Below are positions 50,887-61,923 of a stretch of 64,000 nucleotides of DNA, one piece after another. The stretch is from Octopus bimaculoides (Eukaryota): positions 20,321,482 to 20,385,481 of the forward strand of contig NC_068986.1 of NCBI RefSeq assembly GCF_001194135.2. Reading direction: 5' to 3'. The notes under the pieces are model-generated. The model was not told the DNA's origin. It saw only the letters and a list, made by a program, of their open reading frames with translations, and did not search any database. Position numbers and translations under genes: made by a program. Within the stretch, counting starts at the first letter, position 1, and each line of letters begins with the position of its first letter.

Positions 50887-51689
50887 GTATGCATTATTTC
50901 TTACTTTCCATTTCTTAATATTTACATCTAAGTAATTGGGTTTAGTTGGGTCATTTGTTTGAAAGCATTGAGAGAACCATTCCAGGATTGCATCTAGTGA
51001 GTCCTAGTAATGTAATATAAGGATTCAACTGTGTTCCACATGACCAGTGTCCAGCCAGCTATGATCTTTCTTTCTTGGCCTGACTACTGACCGTCAACAT
51101 GTCTTGTGTCCATCTCCCATGTTCCTGCCTTTAGGCTTTCACTTCATACACGCCAGTTCAATTTAAATCATTCTCAGTCGAAAGACGCCTGTTGTTATTT
51201 CTTGTTGTTTGTATTCATAATTCTGTACCATGTTTTCTGTTTTTGTTTGTTTGTTTGTTTTTGTCTTTGTTGCCGTACACATTCACTAGCTTTCTTACAA
51301 AGGAGTCTAATGCTCTTAGCTTAGACTTTTTGGGGGACAACCATTTGCATGACACCAGTATCTGTCATGACTGCAATTTTGCTCAGTTTGATGGGTCTTC
51401 TTCTCAAGCATGACATAATGTCAAAGGTCTTGGTCATTGTCTCTGCTCTGGTCATTGCCCAATATACATTTATATTATATGATATACATGTGACAATTTC
51501 ACAGGAGAGTATCTGCCAAAGAATCCCAATTGTTTTGTGGGCATAATGAATCATTAAAATTAGACACCTAAATAAATTTTTAAATGTTTACTGGATCCCT
51601 ATTCAAATTTATTGTGCCTTATGTTTGGCTGATGCAACCTTATATTCCCATTCACAATTCCAGTATTTATTTACTTCTTCCTTTTCCAG

Positions 51690-51752
51690 CAAATCTGTGA
51701 TAACTGGGATGTCCTAGGAACATTAACCCAAAAGAGAAGACAAGAACTTGAA
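51690..51752 (+). CDS. ACTN: alpha-actinin exon (63 nt), SR2
   Basis: tttccag|CAA ATC TGT...CTT GAA|gtaaat; QICDNWDVLGTLTQKRRQELE. Confidence 0.95.
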
Positions 51753-51809
51753 GTAAATATTTCATCATTTTTATTACCAACTTTTATTTTCAAATTCTGC
51801 TTTTTTTTT

Positions 51810-51842
<33 letters not shown>

Positions 51843-52048
51843 TGGTGGCGGTTATCATTTTTGAAAGAATCACCGATAATATTAAATCTTTAAAGAAAAT
51901 GTTATTCAGTTTATGTTAAAAATATTTTCCTAACATGCTGTCAGCCTCTGGGTGATACAAGTAAAAGTAAAGTTGTAAATATTTGACACTTATTGAAATT
52001 TTTCTGTGACTTTACTGTTGTTTTAACTCAGAATATTTTGTGTTGCAG

Positions 52049-52111
52049 CAAGCTGAGAGAGTATTGGAGAGAATTGATCAACTTCACCTTGAATTTGCTA
52101 AGAGAGCTGCT
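52049..52111 (+). CDS. ACTN: alpha-actinin exon (63 nt), SR2/SR3
   Basis: gttgcag|CAA GCT GAG...GCT GCT|gtgagt; QAERVLERIDQLHLEFAKRAA. Confidence 0.96.
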
Positions 52112-52199
52112 GTGAGTATTATTTTCTACTTTGTTGTATTAAAGTAAAAGGAACATTATCTGTTTCCAAACGAATTCACAATAAATCAGTAATGTTTTA

Positions 52200-52465
52200 A
52201 TCATGTGACTGACCAAACTGTCAGATGTTCTTACACATCACTGGTCAACACATCACTGGTCACTTTGCATTGTTTTAGCCCTAAAATGATGTCATCCCAC
52301 TGGCTGGGCAAACAAGCCAACATTCCCCACCGATCAGGAAGGGGACTGGGGCAAAGTGAAATGAAGTGTTTTGCTTAAGAACACAATGTGCTGCCCAGTC
52401 TGGGAATTGAACCCATGATCTAGTGATTGTGAATGCAACAACCTAACCACTTGGCCACATGCCTT
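52200..52465 (-). mobile_element. tRNA-derived SINE (family E-like head)
   Basis: Minus strand: gaaggcatgtggccaagtggttagg ... gggttcaattcccagactgggcagcacattgtgttcttaagcaa. Confidence 0.7.
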
Positions 52466-52539
52466 CGCAATAGTTTGATACACATAAGAAATATTTCTCT
52501 CCATCAGTTTTTTTTCCTCTAATTTCTAATGATGATGAT

Positions 52540-52732
52540 GATCATCATCATCATCATCGTTTAACGTCCGCCTTCCATGCTAGCATGGGTTGGACGATTT
52601 GACTGAGGACTGGTGAAACCGGATGGCAACACCAGGCTCCAATCTAATTTGGCAGAGTTTCTACAGCTGGATTAGATTGGAGCCTGGTGTTGCCATCCGG
52701 TTTCACCAGTCCTCAGTCAAATCGTCCAACCC
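52540..52732. mobile_element. family C element with fold-back inversion (perfect 62-bp hairpin)
   Basis: Minus-strand copy 52540-52670 followed by the exact reverse complement of 52587-52648 at 52671-52732. Confidence 0.95.
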
Positions 52733-53196
52733 GATCTATAGGCAAAAAATTATTCTAACATTTTACCGAGAGAAAAGCTTTGTATGCAGTATCCTTCAGC
52801 GTGCATAAGCCTTAGAAATATTGAAATAATTTTGGTTGTTGTTTCAAACAGTACCAAAAAGTATCTATTCCATATTATGAATATTATATGTATATTTGTA
52901 TTCTATGCACTAGCAGTAGGCATGGAAATTCCACGGCTCATTTTGTGGTACAGTGTCAGCTGCAAACATCTCCTCACTTGCTAATAATATCCTGTCATTT
53001 CCTTCAAAATCCTCCAATTAATTTCTCGGAAATCTTGTCCATTCCCTTCACTCATGTTTTCTCTTCTAGCTTATGCAAAATATTCTCAACCTGTCATCAT
53101 CATTCCTGTTTTGCCTTCTTTCTTGTTTAACAAGTTTCAGTCTTTTCCTGTTCACTTCAATTTCTTATAACTAATTGTATAATTTTTCTGTTGCAG

Positions 53197-53274
53197 CCAT
53201 TTAACAACTGGATGGATGGTGCCAAAGAAGATTTAATGGACATGTTCATTGTCCACACCACAGAAGAAATCAGG
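53197..53274 (+). CDS. ACTN: alpha-actinin exon (78 nt), SR3
   Basis: gttgcag|CCA TTT AAC...ATC AGG|gtaaga; [26 protein letters not shown]. Confidence 0.96.
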
Positions 53275-53441
53275 GTAAGATTAATACAGTGCTCATACAT
53301 CTATATATATATCAGTCGCAACTGATTTCTACTCCTCTGGTCCCTCTTCATGAGCCCTTAAACTTTTGCTTTTATATTCGATTTTATATTTTTCAAATGT
53401 GATACTTAAATTTCTCGAATATCATTTCTTTTATTTCCTAG

Positions 53442-53597
53442 GACCTTATCTGTGCCCATGAGACATTCAAAGAAACTTTGGGTGAAGCAGACAAAGAGTT
53501 GAATACGATTGTTTCTCTAGAAAACGATGCTAACCGCCTTGCTCAGGAGATTGGAATTGGTGTTCCAGAGAATCCATACACTACTCTTCATGTTAAT
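53442..53597 (+). CDS. ACTN: alpha-actinin exon (156 nt), SR3
   Basis: ttcctag|GAC CTT ATC...GTT AAT|gtaagt; DLICAHETFKETLGEADKE...PENPYTTLHVN. Confidence 0.96.
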
Positions 53598-54298
53598 GTA
53601 AGTGTCATCTCCAGCTCTTTTTGCTCTCTTTCCAATTCAGTAATGTAACTGGAGGGTTAAAACCTTTCTTGTTTCGAAATCATCTTACCTTCTTACATCA
53701 GTTATAAGCTCTTTTCACTGTGTGACCATGACCTTTCTATTCCCTAATTTAGTTTTCTAAGTCTACAAGAATAAAATTAGTTAAAGACTAGTTGATTTTA
53801 TTTCCTACATACTTAACCATACATGCTATAGAGTAAATTCAGATCTCTCTTCCCCTTCATATTTGCCACATTTTAAGTAAAAAAAAATTCAGCTCTCTAC
53901 TTTTGTCTGTCTATGTAGCCTGTTTGGATAGACTCAATCTACCTGTTGTTTGAATTCAGATCCCCGTCCCCTCGTCATATAATTAGTGTATCAAGCCGAG
54001 TAGAGTTTAGCTCTTTCTCTTCCTCCCTCAAGGTATCTCAATAAACATATTCTCAAGTCTACTCTCCAGAATGGTCTCTGGATTTTCTACCTCCAGCCTC
54101 ACAGTAACTTGATAATTAAATGCAAATCTTCCTCTTCTGCACACTCACTTTCTCTCTCTCTCTTCCTTGGCATATGCTTTTCATATTCCCCCTCTCCCTT
54201 TCTCTCAGCATATGCCACATAGTTGCATGTCAATCATTTTCTAACTCACTTGAAATGAACAAGTTTGTCTTAAAGATAACTCTGTCTGTCCCCTGCAG

Positions 54299-54583
54299 GA
54301 TATCACCCATAAGTGGTCTGAGGTGAGATCATTGGTACCACAGAGGCAACAGGTTCTCAAACAGGAAGAACAAAAGCAAATCAACAACGAACGTCTGCGA
54401 CAACAGTTTGCTGCCAAGGCCAATGAAGTTGGTCAATGGATTGAGGTGCAACTAGACTCTGTAGCGTCCATCTGCGTCCAGTTGAGAACTTCCCTTGAAG
54501 ACCAGCTCGCCAAGTTACAACAATATGACAAGGTTGTTGCTTCGTACAGACCAAACATGGATGAACTGGAGAAATATCACCAG
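54299..54583 (+). CDS. ACTN: alpha-actinin exon (285 nt), SR3/SR4
   Basis: cctgcag|GAT ATC ACC...CAC CAG|gtgagc; DITHKWSEVRSLVPQRQQ...PNMDELEKYHQ. Confidence 0.97.
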
Positions 54584-55056
54584 GTGAGCTACAATTTTTC
54601 AACCATATCTCTGTGTGTGTGTGTGTGCATATGTGAATGAAGTGTAATGAGGAGAAATGAAATGTTGTTATGGCAAACTGGCAGAATCATCACAGTACTG
54701 GAAAAAATGTTTTGCAGTATTTCATCTGAGTTCAGATCCTGCCAAGGCCAAGTTTGCCTTTCATCCATCTGGGGAGGTTCATAAAATACGGTACAAATCA
54801 AATGAAATTAACTCCTTTTCCCCTCTAAATTGCTGGCCTGGTGCCTTAATCAGAAACCATTGTTAATTCCTCATGGTGAAATAATTTTGCCCTGTTATTG
54901 TAAATATAAACATTGTCTTATCCATATTCTTGTGGCAGTGATGGTAACATACTAGTATTGATGATGATGGTTTATTGGAGCAAATAATACCAGTTTTGAA
55001 TGGAAAGTTGGTACTGGCTCTGATGACTGTTTTTGGTGGTGGTAGCGATGGGGGTA

Positions 55057-55250
55057 TCATCATCATCATCATCATTTAACATCCATTGTCCATGTTGGTG
55101 TGGGCTGGACAGTTTGACTGGGGCCGGCATGCTGGAAGGCTGCACCAGATCCCAGTCTGATTTGGCATGGTTTTCGAAGGCTGGATGCCCTTCCTAACGT
55201 CAGCCACTCCAAGAGCGTAATGGGTGCTTTTACATGTCCCACAAGATGAT
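55057..55250 (-). mobile_element. family C element
   Basis: (CAT)n tttaacatcc..ggctggatgcccttcctaacgtcagccactcc. Confidence 0.8.
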
Positions 55251-55944
55251 TTTTTGTTGTGCATGTGCATGAAAATTTGCAAAATATGTGCAGATGCAAT
55301 GAGTTAACTATTACTCAAATTTCTTCAACTGAAAAAAAAATTCAGTTTCATCTTGAAATCTTTGTGTGTGCACTGATTGCAAAATGTGTGCATGTGTACA
55401 AGTGCACAGCTTAGTGGGGACTGCTGTTCTAATAAAATCCTTTGTATTCTATTGATATAATATTAAATGTATTATTTAAGGTGGCAGAATTGTTAACATA
55501 CAGGGCAAAATGCTTTGTGGAATTTCATCTGCTTTTACTTTTTGAGTTCAAATTCCACCAAGTTTGACTTTGCCTTTCATCCTTTAGGGGATTGATGTAA
55601 TTGACTCATTCCCTCCCTCTGAAATTTTTGGCCTTGTGCCAAATTTGAAACCAATATTAAGTGTATTTTTTGTCTTCTGTCAGTTCTAATATATTTATTT
55701 ATTTATGTATGTGTGTGTGTATACACACACACATACACGTATATGTACATATTGATATATTGGATTAGATTGCCCATGTTCAGCCCACTGCAAGATGAGG
55801 GCCTCAACATGTTCTCTCCCCCAGAGAATGGCTTGAGATGATTCTGGTTTCATGAGCCTAACCTGCCACACTGGCTTGACATGGCTTGGCAGAGGGATGC
55901 AGTTCTTTTCCTTGTACTCATCCCCAGTAGTAGTTAAGTCAGTT

Positions 55945-55984
<40 letters not shown>

Positions 55985-56087
55985 TTGTGTGTGTATCTTA
56001 CGTAATATGTGTGTATATGAATATAGAAAGTGTATTTCCCAGTATTATCTCATAACATTAAGTAATAATGTTTGTTTTATCTTACAG

Positions 56088-56141
56088 CTTGTACAAGAGG
56101 CAATGATATTTGAGAACAGATATACACAGTATACTATGGAG
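56088..56141 (+). CDS. ACTN: alpha-actinin exon (54 nt), SR4
   Basis: cttacag|CTT GTA CAA...ATG GAG|gtacgt; LVQEAMIFENRYTQYTME. Confidence 0.96.
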
Positions 56142-56247
56142 GTACGTAACATTTTACTTATGTCTATCTCTCCCAGTCACATGATTGATCTGGTGCGGGG
56201 TGGTGTGGTGGAAATCAGTTTCCCATTTCTTTAGCATTATAAATGTA

Positions 56248-57117
56248 TGAGGTGTAGTCAAAGAGTATCTGGCCTTTGGCCAAAAACAAGTAATATGAAA
56301 AAAACTCACCGTCTTGATTTAGTCTCCTTCAAAATATTCACTTTAGGAGTCTGCACACTTCTGCCAGCGTTCCTGCCTCTGCTGGAAACATTTCTGGAAA
56401 TCACTTTTTGGGATGCTGTAGAGATGTGCTGTCGAATTTTGCTTAATGTCCCCTGTTGACTCAAATCTTCTCCCTTTAAGTGTTTTTTAGCTTTGGGAAG
56501 AGCCAAAAGTCTTATAGATCTATGTCTAGGGAGTAGGAAGCCTGACAAACAAGTGGTGTGTTTTGCTTGACGAGGAATGCTTGGATGATGTGGGTGGAAT
56601 GAACTGAACTGACACATGGCCGATTCCAGCTTCGGCAAAAATCTCCTCAATAGTCACATGACAGTCTTCATAGACTATTCCTCGAACCTTTGCAATCATT
56701 TCGTCATTTCTGCTAGTTGAAGTTCTGCCACAACATGGCTCACTGTCCACTGAGGCGCAACCATTTTTGAACCGGTTGTACCACTCCTTTATTTGTGTTT
56801 TCCCCATAACATCATTTCCAAAAGCCTTCTGAATCTTCTTGATAGCCTGGGCTTTTGCGTATCACGAAGTTTACGACAGAATTTGATACAGTATCTTGCC
56901 TCGACGCACTCAGTCATCTTAACTCAGAAAGAAAAATTACACAGCACACTCTTGACGTCTGTACTCAACACATCACTGTGGGCGAATTGCACTACCTACA
57001 GGCATTTTTGTGCATGCTCAGAAGGACATGGCTACCTAATACCCATGCAGATTTTATTTGTGCATTGTTATTTTGTGCAAAAAAAATCAAGGTCGGATAC
57101 CTTTTGACTACACCTCG
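56248..57117 (-). mobile_element. internally deleted mariner transposon (870 bp) with transposase pseudogene 56917->56319
   Basis: TIRs TA|TGAGGTGTAGTCAAAGAGTATCTGGCCTT and AAGGTCGGATACCTTTTGACTACACCTCG|TA; MTECVEARYCIKFC.., MGKTQIKEWYNRFKNG..GRTSTS (HTH), YSLDIDL*DFWLFPKLKKHLKG, RFESTGDIK..EYFEGD*; DDD core missing. Confidence 0.93.
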
Positions 57118-57203
57118 TAATATTATATGAATGTATAGTGTCTCAGTTTATTGATAGCATTCTTCTCTGGTGATATTTATTTTTGTTTTCCCTTTATTTC
57201 TAG

Positions 57204-57272
57204 ACTTTACGTGTTGGATGGGAGCAGTTATTGACTGCCATTGCCAGAAACATCAACGAAGTCGAAAACCAG
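57204..57272 (+). CDS. ACTN: alpha-actinin exon (69 nt), SR4 end
   Basis: tttctag|ACT TTA CGT...AAC CAG|gtaatt; [23 protein letters not shown]. Confidence 0.96.
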
Positions 57273-57418
57273 GTAATTTTTTCATCTTTTTTTTTTTTTC
57301 ATCTGTAAGTTGAGCAATGAGAACAATAGGTTCTTCCAATGTTTATGTTTCGAAGCTCAAGCAAGGAACCAGTCTGTTTTTATGCTAATCAGAAGAAGCA
57401 GTTAGTGGAGAATATATA

Positions 57419-57617
57419 CAGGGTGTCCACAAAGTCTGGGTACATGTAGTAAATAAAATCATAACATAAACGATTAAATATAAGAAATAATAATTTCTTA
57501 AAGTATGTGTTAAGCCCCATGTGGGTACATGTAGTAAATAAAATCATAACATAAACAATTGAATATAAGAAGAAGTATGTGTTAATCCCCATGTACCCAG
57601 ACTTTGTGGACACCCTG
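57419..57617. mobile_element. Tc1/mariner-type MITE (199 bp), perfect 28-bp TIRs
   Basis: TA|CAGGGTGTCCACAAAGTCTGGGTACATG ... CATGTACCCAGACTTTGTGGACACCCTG|TA. Confidence 0.93.
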
Positions 57618-58220
57618 TATATAAACACAGCCATTAAAGATTTCATTCCCTGGATAATGTTCTGAGTTCTGAATCCTACCAAACTCAGCTCCGCTTTTTG
57701 TCCCTCTGAGGCCAAGTAGTAGGTCAATATGATCGACTGCTTTCTTCTCATTGAAACAACTGACCTTGTGACTTGACTGAAATATTTCTTTTGTTCAAAT
57801 ATATTCTGCAAATTTGATTGGGAGGAGAGGTCATCGTAAAGTTATTTTAATTTTTATAACATCATTTCATTAACACGTTAACTGCCACACTTACCACTGG
57901 TGCTTGATTGCAAACTTCATACAACCACCATATTGAACCACCGGTGGTATATCTTCATAATTTGAGAAAATATTTTATTCTGTGTCTTTGACATGGTTTC
58001 AAGGATATTTAAATAACATGAGCGCTACATATGAAATATTGTGAAAATGCAAAACAAATTGCATTTCCTTGTAATTAAAGATTATGCAGAACAGGCAGTG
58101 GCAGGTAATGAGTTAAGAATACTTTTATTGTCTTTGATATATTGTTTTTTTTTTTGACTCCTCCTGTTTCTGTTATTCTATTCTTCCCTAATGCAATACA
58201 ATGTTTTTTTTTTTCTGTAG

Positions 58221-58379
58221 ATTCTTACCAGAGATTCAAAGGGTATCAGTGAAGACCAGATGAATGAGTTCCGTATGTCATTTAATCATTTTGACAAAAC
58301 TCGTAGCAGGAGACTTGAACCGAAAGAATTCAAAGCATGTCTTGTTAGTTTGGGTTACAAAATCAGAGATGATAAACAG
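58221..58379 (+). CDS. ACTN: alpha-actinin exon (159 nt), EF-hand 1
   Basis: tctgtag|ATT CTT ACC...AAA CAG|gtaagt; [53 protein letters not shown]. Confidence 0.97.
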
Positions 58380-58649
58380 GTAAGTTTTCTTTTGGTTCCT
58401 TTACAAGAGGAAAAGTTAATATGATTCTACTCCATCACCTGTTAATGCAAGTAAGTGTTGAGCTGTTTTATTCTTGAGACATGAATTATTCCTAATCTTT
58501 GAGAATAATTTCCAATGAATAGACAGGCTAACAGCAGCAGGAAATTTAACTTTTGTTGGGTTGATTGCTTTACAGATATCTAAATCTTTTTTATATCAAC
58601 CCCATCTAAGAGTACTCCTGGTTCTTAGATACAAAATTCATGTTTTTAA

Positions 58650-58868
58650 CCCTTTAGCATTCAGATTATTCTGTCAAATGTAATAGCTTTTTATTCACAT
58701 TGTTTTGAATAATCATAAATTATCTCATAGCTTTGAGAGATCAATGATGTGATTGTTTACTTTTAGAATGACATTGTTGGGTAGGTGAGAGAAACTGGAT
58801 TTGGCCAGTTTGAACATACAATAAGTAGAATATTTGGGCCAGATGTGGCTGGTTTTAATGGTAACGGG
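58650..58868. mobile_element. piggyBac-type MITE, opposite orientation to 42878-43048
   Basis: TTAA|CCCTTTAGCATTC ... AATGGTAACGGG|TCAA; interior is the reverse complement of the 42878 family. Confidence 0.75.
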
Positions 58869-59770
58869 TCAAAGGGATTTACTTCAAAATCACCCAGAAA
58901 TTTCTTGTTATGTTTCAAAACATCAGCTTAATAATAAGTTATTCTGCTGAATTTATCATTATTTTTTAAGTTAATTTAAACAAAGGCTGTGTATTTCAAC
59001 AGAAATATGGTTTTAAAAAAAAGTGGGGGGGGTGCTCATATTTCACTTGGTGAAGGACCCAACCATATCTCATACACTGATTTCTGTTATAGAGGTTGGA
59101 GTAAGTATCATACCAATGTTTGATGAGTTTTAAATCATTTCAACAAATAATAATAATAATTATTGTTGTTATTATTATTATTATCTACACTGCCAAAAGT
59201 ATACAATTTCAATGGAAATGTGAAGAAGGGTTAAGCAAAATGATGGCTGGGGAGATTTGAAAACGTATGTTACTTAAGAGTATCCTGTACAATCTGGCTA
59301 TGAGAAAGAGTGTCGATTGTTTGGAACATAAATGGAAGGGTCAGTTTGGTTTTTAATTTTCCTGTTCTTTTACATATGTTAAAGCTAGCACTGTGATTGA
59401 AATCAAACTGTTTAGTATTGGCATTTTGACATTATTAGATAGTAGTTTGATGATTATTAATAAAACATGTCTGAAATACTTTGAGAGAGGGCAAAGCTAA
59501 CATGGCTGTTGATTTTGTAAGTAAATAGTTAAAGGGAGCCATATCTAATATCCATTTCCTTTCTTCAAGATATTAAAAAAAAAAGAAGTCCAAGAACGGC
59601 TATTACTTTAATGGGGATTCTATGATTTATCTAGTTTGGTATTCTGATAAATTGTCGAAAACTAACATAACAAATTCACTTTTGATCTTCCCTCCACCTC
59701 ATTGTAGGAGACATTTATTTCTTACATACAAGACATCATTTAACCAATTACTTTTTTTTCTTTTCATCAG

Positions 59771-59929
59771 GGTGAGACTGACTTCCAACGAATTATGTCT
59801 ATAGTTGACCCGAATGGCTCTGGTTACATTACCTTTGATGCTTTCTTAGACTTCATGACAAGAGAAACAGCAGATACTGACACTGCAGAACAAGTTATGC
59901 AATCTTTCAAGATCTTAGCTGGTGACAAA
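59771..59929 (+). CDS. ACTN: alpha-actinin exon (159 nt), EF-hand 2
   Basis: tcatcag|GGT GAG ACT...GAC AAA|gtgagt; [53 protein letters not shown]. Confidence 0.97.
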
Positions 59930-60725
59930 GTGAGTGATTATTTCTAACACAACAAATCCTGTCATTGTATTAAAATCTATTTCAATCTGTATACCATGTT
60001 TGATGGCATCTAAAACATATTCTGTTTTTTATCTAAAGAAACATCTCTAAAACTCACCTCAAATGCTATATGCAAAGTTGGATTCCCCATAAGCAAATTT
60101 TGTCCCTGTTTTAATGCACTAAAAACTGTATTTCCTGAATATGTGCTGCTGAAATTAGGATGTGTCTCTGTGTTTTTTTGATGCCATCAACAATGGTAAT
60201 ACTGATCGGTCATTTTTGATAGTAAATTGGTTCTCATGTCCATCTGATCTTATTCTGTAATCAACGTGATTTCATTGTATATTTACATTATTTACATTCG
60301 ACGGATATTTGTCCTTGCAAATATCTCCTTTGAGTAAAACCACCAATAGAAGAGAATATGACCAAAGACTGTGTGTGCTCCATCCTATGCAGCTGCGGTA
60401 GGTCATACAAAGGCGAAACATGCCGCCCCCTCAAAATAAGGGTAGACGAACATCGCAAAGCTGTGACACAAGGAGATATTGATAAATCAGGTATAGCTGA
60501 TCATATATGGAAAAATGGAGAGACCCCCCCCCCTCCCCGTGAGATGAAGTTAAAATAATAAACAGAGAATACCACTGGAAAATAAGAAAACTAAAAGAAG
60601 CAGCACATATGCTAGGACACAACAACATCCTAAGCAGATATGAGCAGCATATGTGAACCGGTATTAAGGAAGGCTAGGAAAATATTAAATTTATAAGCCG
60701 TAAAATTCACTCCATAATTGCCCAT

Positions 60726-60795
60726 GGGCATATGGCATAGTTGTTAAGAGCATGGGCTACTAACCCCAACATTCCGAGTTCGATTCCAAGCAGTG
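60726..60795 (+). promoter_or_regulatory. tRNA-derived Pol III promoter-like segment inside the Penelope remnant
   Basis: A box TGGCATAGTTG (60733), B box GAGTTCGATTCC (60776), anticodon-like loop CTACTAA; no acceptor stem closure. Confidence 0.6.
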
Positions 60796-60880
60796 ACCTG
60801 AACAATAACAATAATAATAATAATAATAACATTGAAAATTACCTTAGGAATGAGAACCCAGGTTCGAAATTTCCCTCAGA

Positions 60881-60920
60881 CACCTGAAGAAAGCTGGAGG
60901 GTATATCAGCTGAAACATGT
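60881..60920 (+). ncRNA. hammerhead ribozyme core, probably degenerate
   Basis: CTGAAGA (60884-90) - A - stem AGCTG/CAGCT - GAAAC (60912-16); stems I and III do not close convincingly. Confidence 0.5.
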
Positions 60921-61043
60921 TAACAACAAACAAGATGAGGACAAATATCCGTCGAATGTAAATAATGTACATAATTCCTCATCTCTTAGATATAGAACTT
61001 CATTGTATATTGTCTAATAATTTGCTTGATTTTTGTTTTTCAG

Positions 61044-61202
61044 AACTATATTACTGCCCAAATTCTACGTCAAGAATTACCACCAGAACAAGCTGAATAC
61101 TGTATCCAACGGATGGCACCTTACACAGGTCATGATGGTGCTCCTGGAGCACTTGACTACATGTCCTTCTCAACAGCCCTTTATGGTGAAAGTGACCTCT
61201 AA
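61044..61202 (+). CDS. ACTN: alpha-actinin last coding exon (159 nt incl. TAA), EF3-4
   Basis: ttttcag|AAC TAT ATT...GAC CTC TAA; [52 protein letters not shown]. Confidence 0.98.
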   Translation, partial: NYITAQILRQELPPEQAEYCIQRMAPYTGHDGAPGALDYMSFSTALYGESDL

Positions 61203-61890
61203 GTTTACTGAACTCTCTATGATCCCTTCTTTACCTCCTCTCACTTTAACTGCTATGATCTCTCTCTCTCTCTCTCCTTCTGTCTGTCTGTCTCTCTCTT
61301 TTTCTCTCTCTCTCTATTTCTCTATCTGTCTCCTTTTCTTCTTTCTCCCTTGCTTTTGGCTGTGTAGTTGTGAGTTGTCACCAGCAATCTGAAACAAACC
61401 ATCTGACAGACAAACTGTGTGAAATTAATTGTTTGGCAATCAATGACCAACACAAGATAATGAACTCGTGCTGCACACTTACAAGACATAAGTCAAAGCA
61501 GTGGATGTTGTGATAAAAACCAGTGTGGAAAATACCATTTTTTTATATCAATTCATGCTGAAATATAATAATAATAATAACAACAACAACAACAAGAACA
61601 ACAACACTGACACATTCAATATTCTTTTGCCCTCTTCCTGCAACCTGAAATGAACCAAATTACTTTCCTTCCATTAATGACAAAAGAAGACAACAGAAAA
61701 CAACAACAACACCAACAACAACAAACACTCTAGCAACATTTTAACATTCAGATTGTATTTTTGTATCTCTTTACAAATGCCAATCCTTTACTGTGTGTAG
61801 CTTATTTCCTGTCTTAATTGCTAAAATGAAATACATATATTTAATTACTATTTGACAGATTTTGATTTTGTTAACATTGACTCTCATGAA

Positions 61891-61923
<33 letters not shown>

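Larger units (their letters stand above)
60284..60969 (+). mobile_element. Penelope-like element 3' remnant (GIY-YIG endonuclease fragment plus pLTR)
   Basis: CVCSILCSCGRSYKGETCRPLKIRVDEHRKAV..KSGIADHIW then EVKIINREYHWKIRKLKEAAHM; flanked by a perfect 32-bp inverted repeat. Confidence 0.88.

Noticed and set aside
60726-60795. Possible tRNA gene
   Set aside because: No acceptor stem, atypical ACT anticodon, embedded in a transposon; treated as a tRNA-derived promoter.
58221-61202. Three consecutive 159-nt coding exons suggesting exon triplication
   Set aside because: Sequences are not alike; the last two sizes are shared with vertebrates and the first follows from a different intron position.
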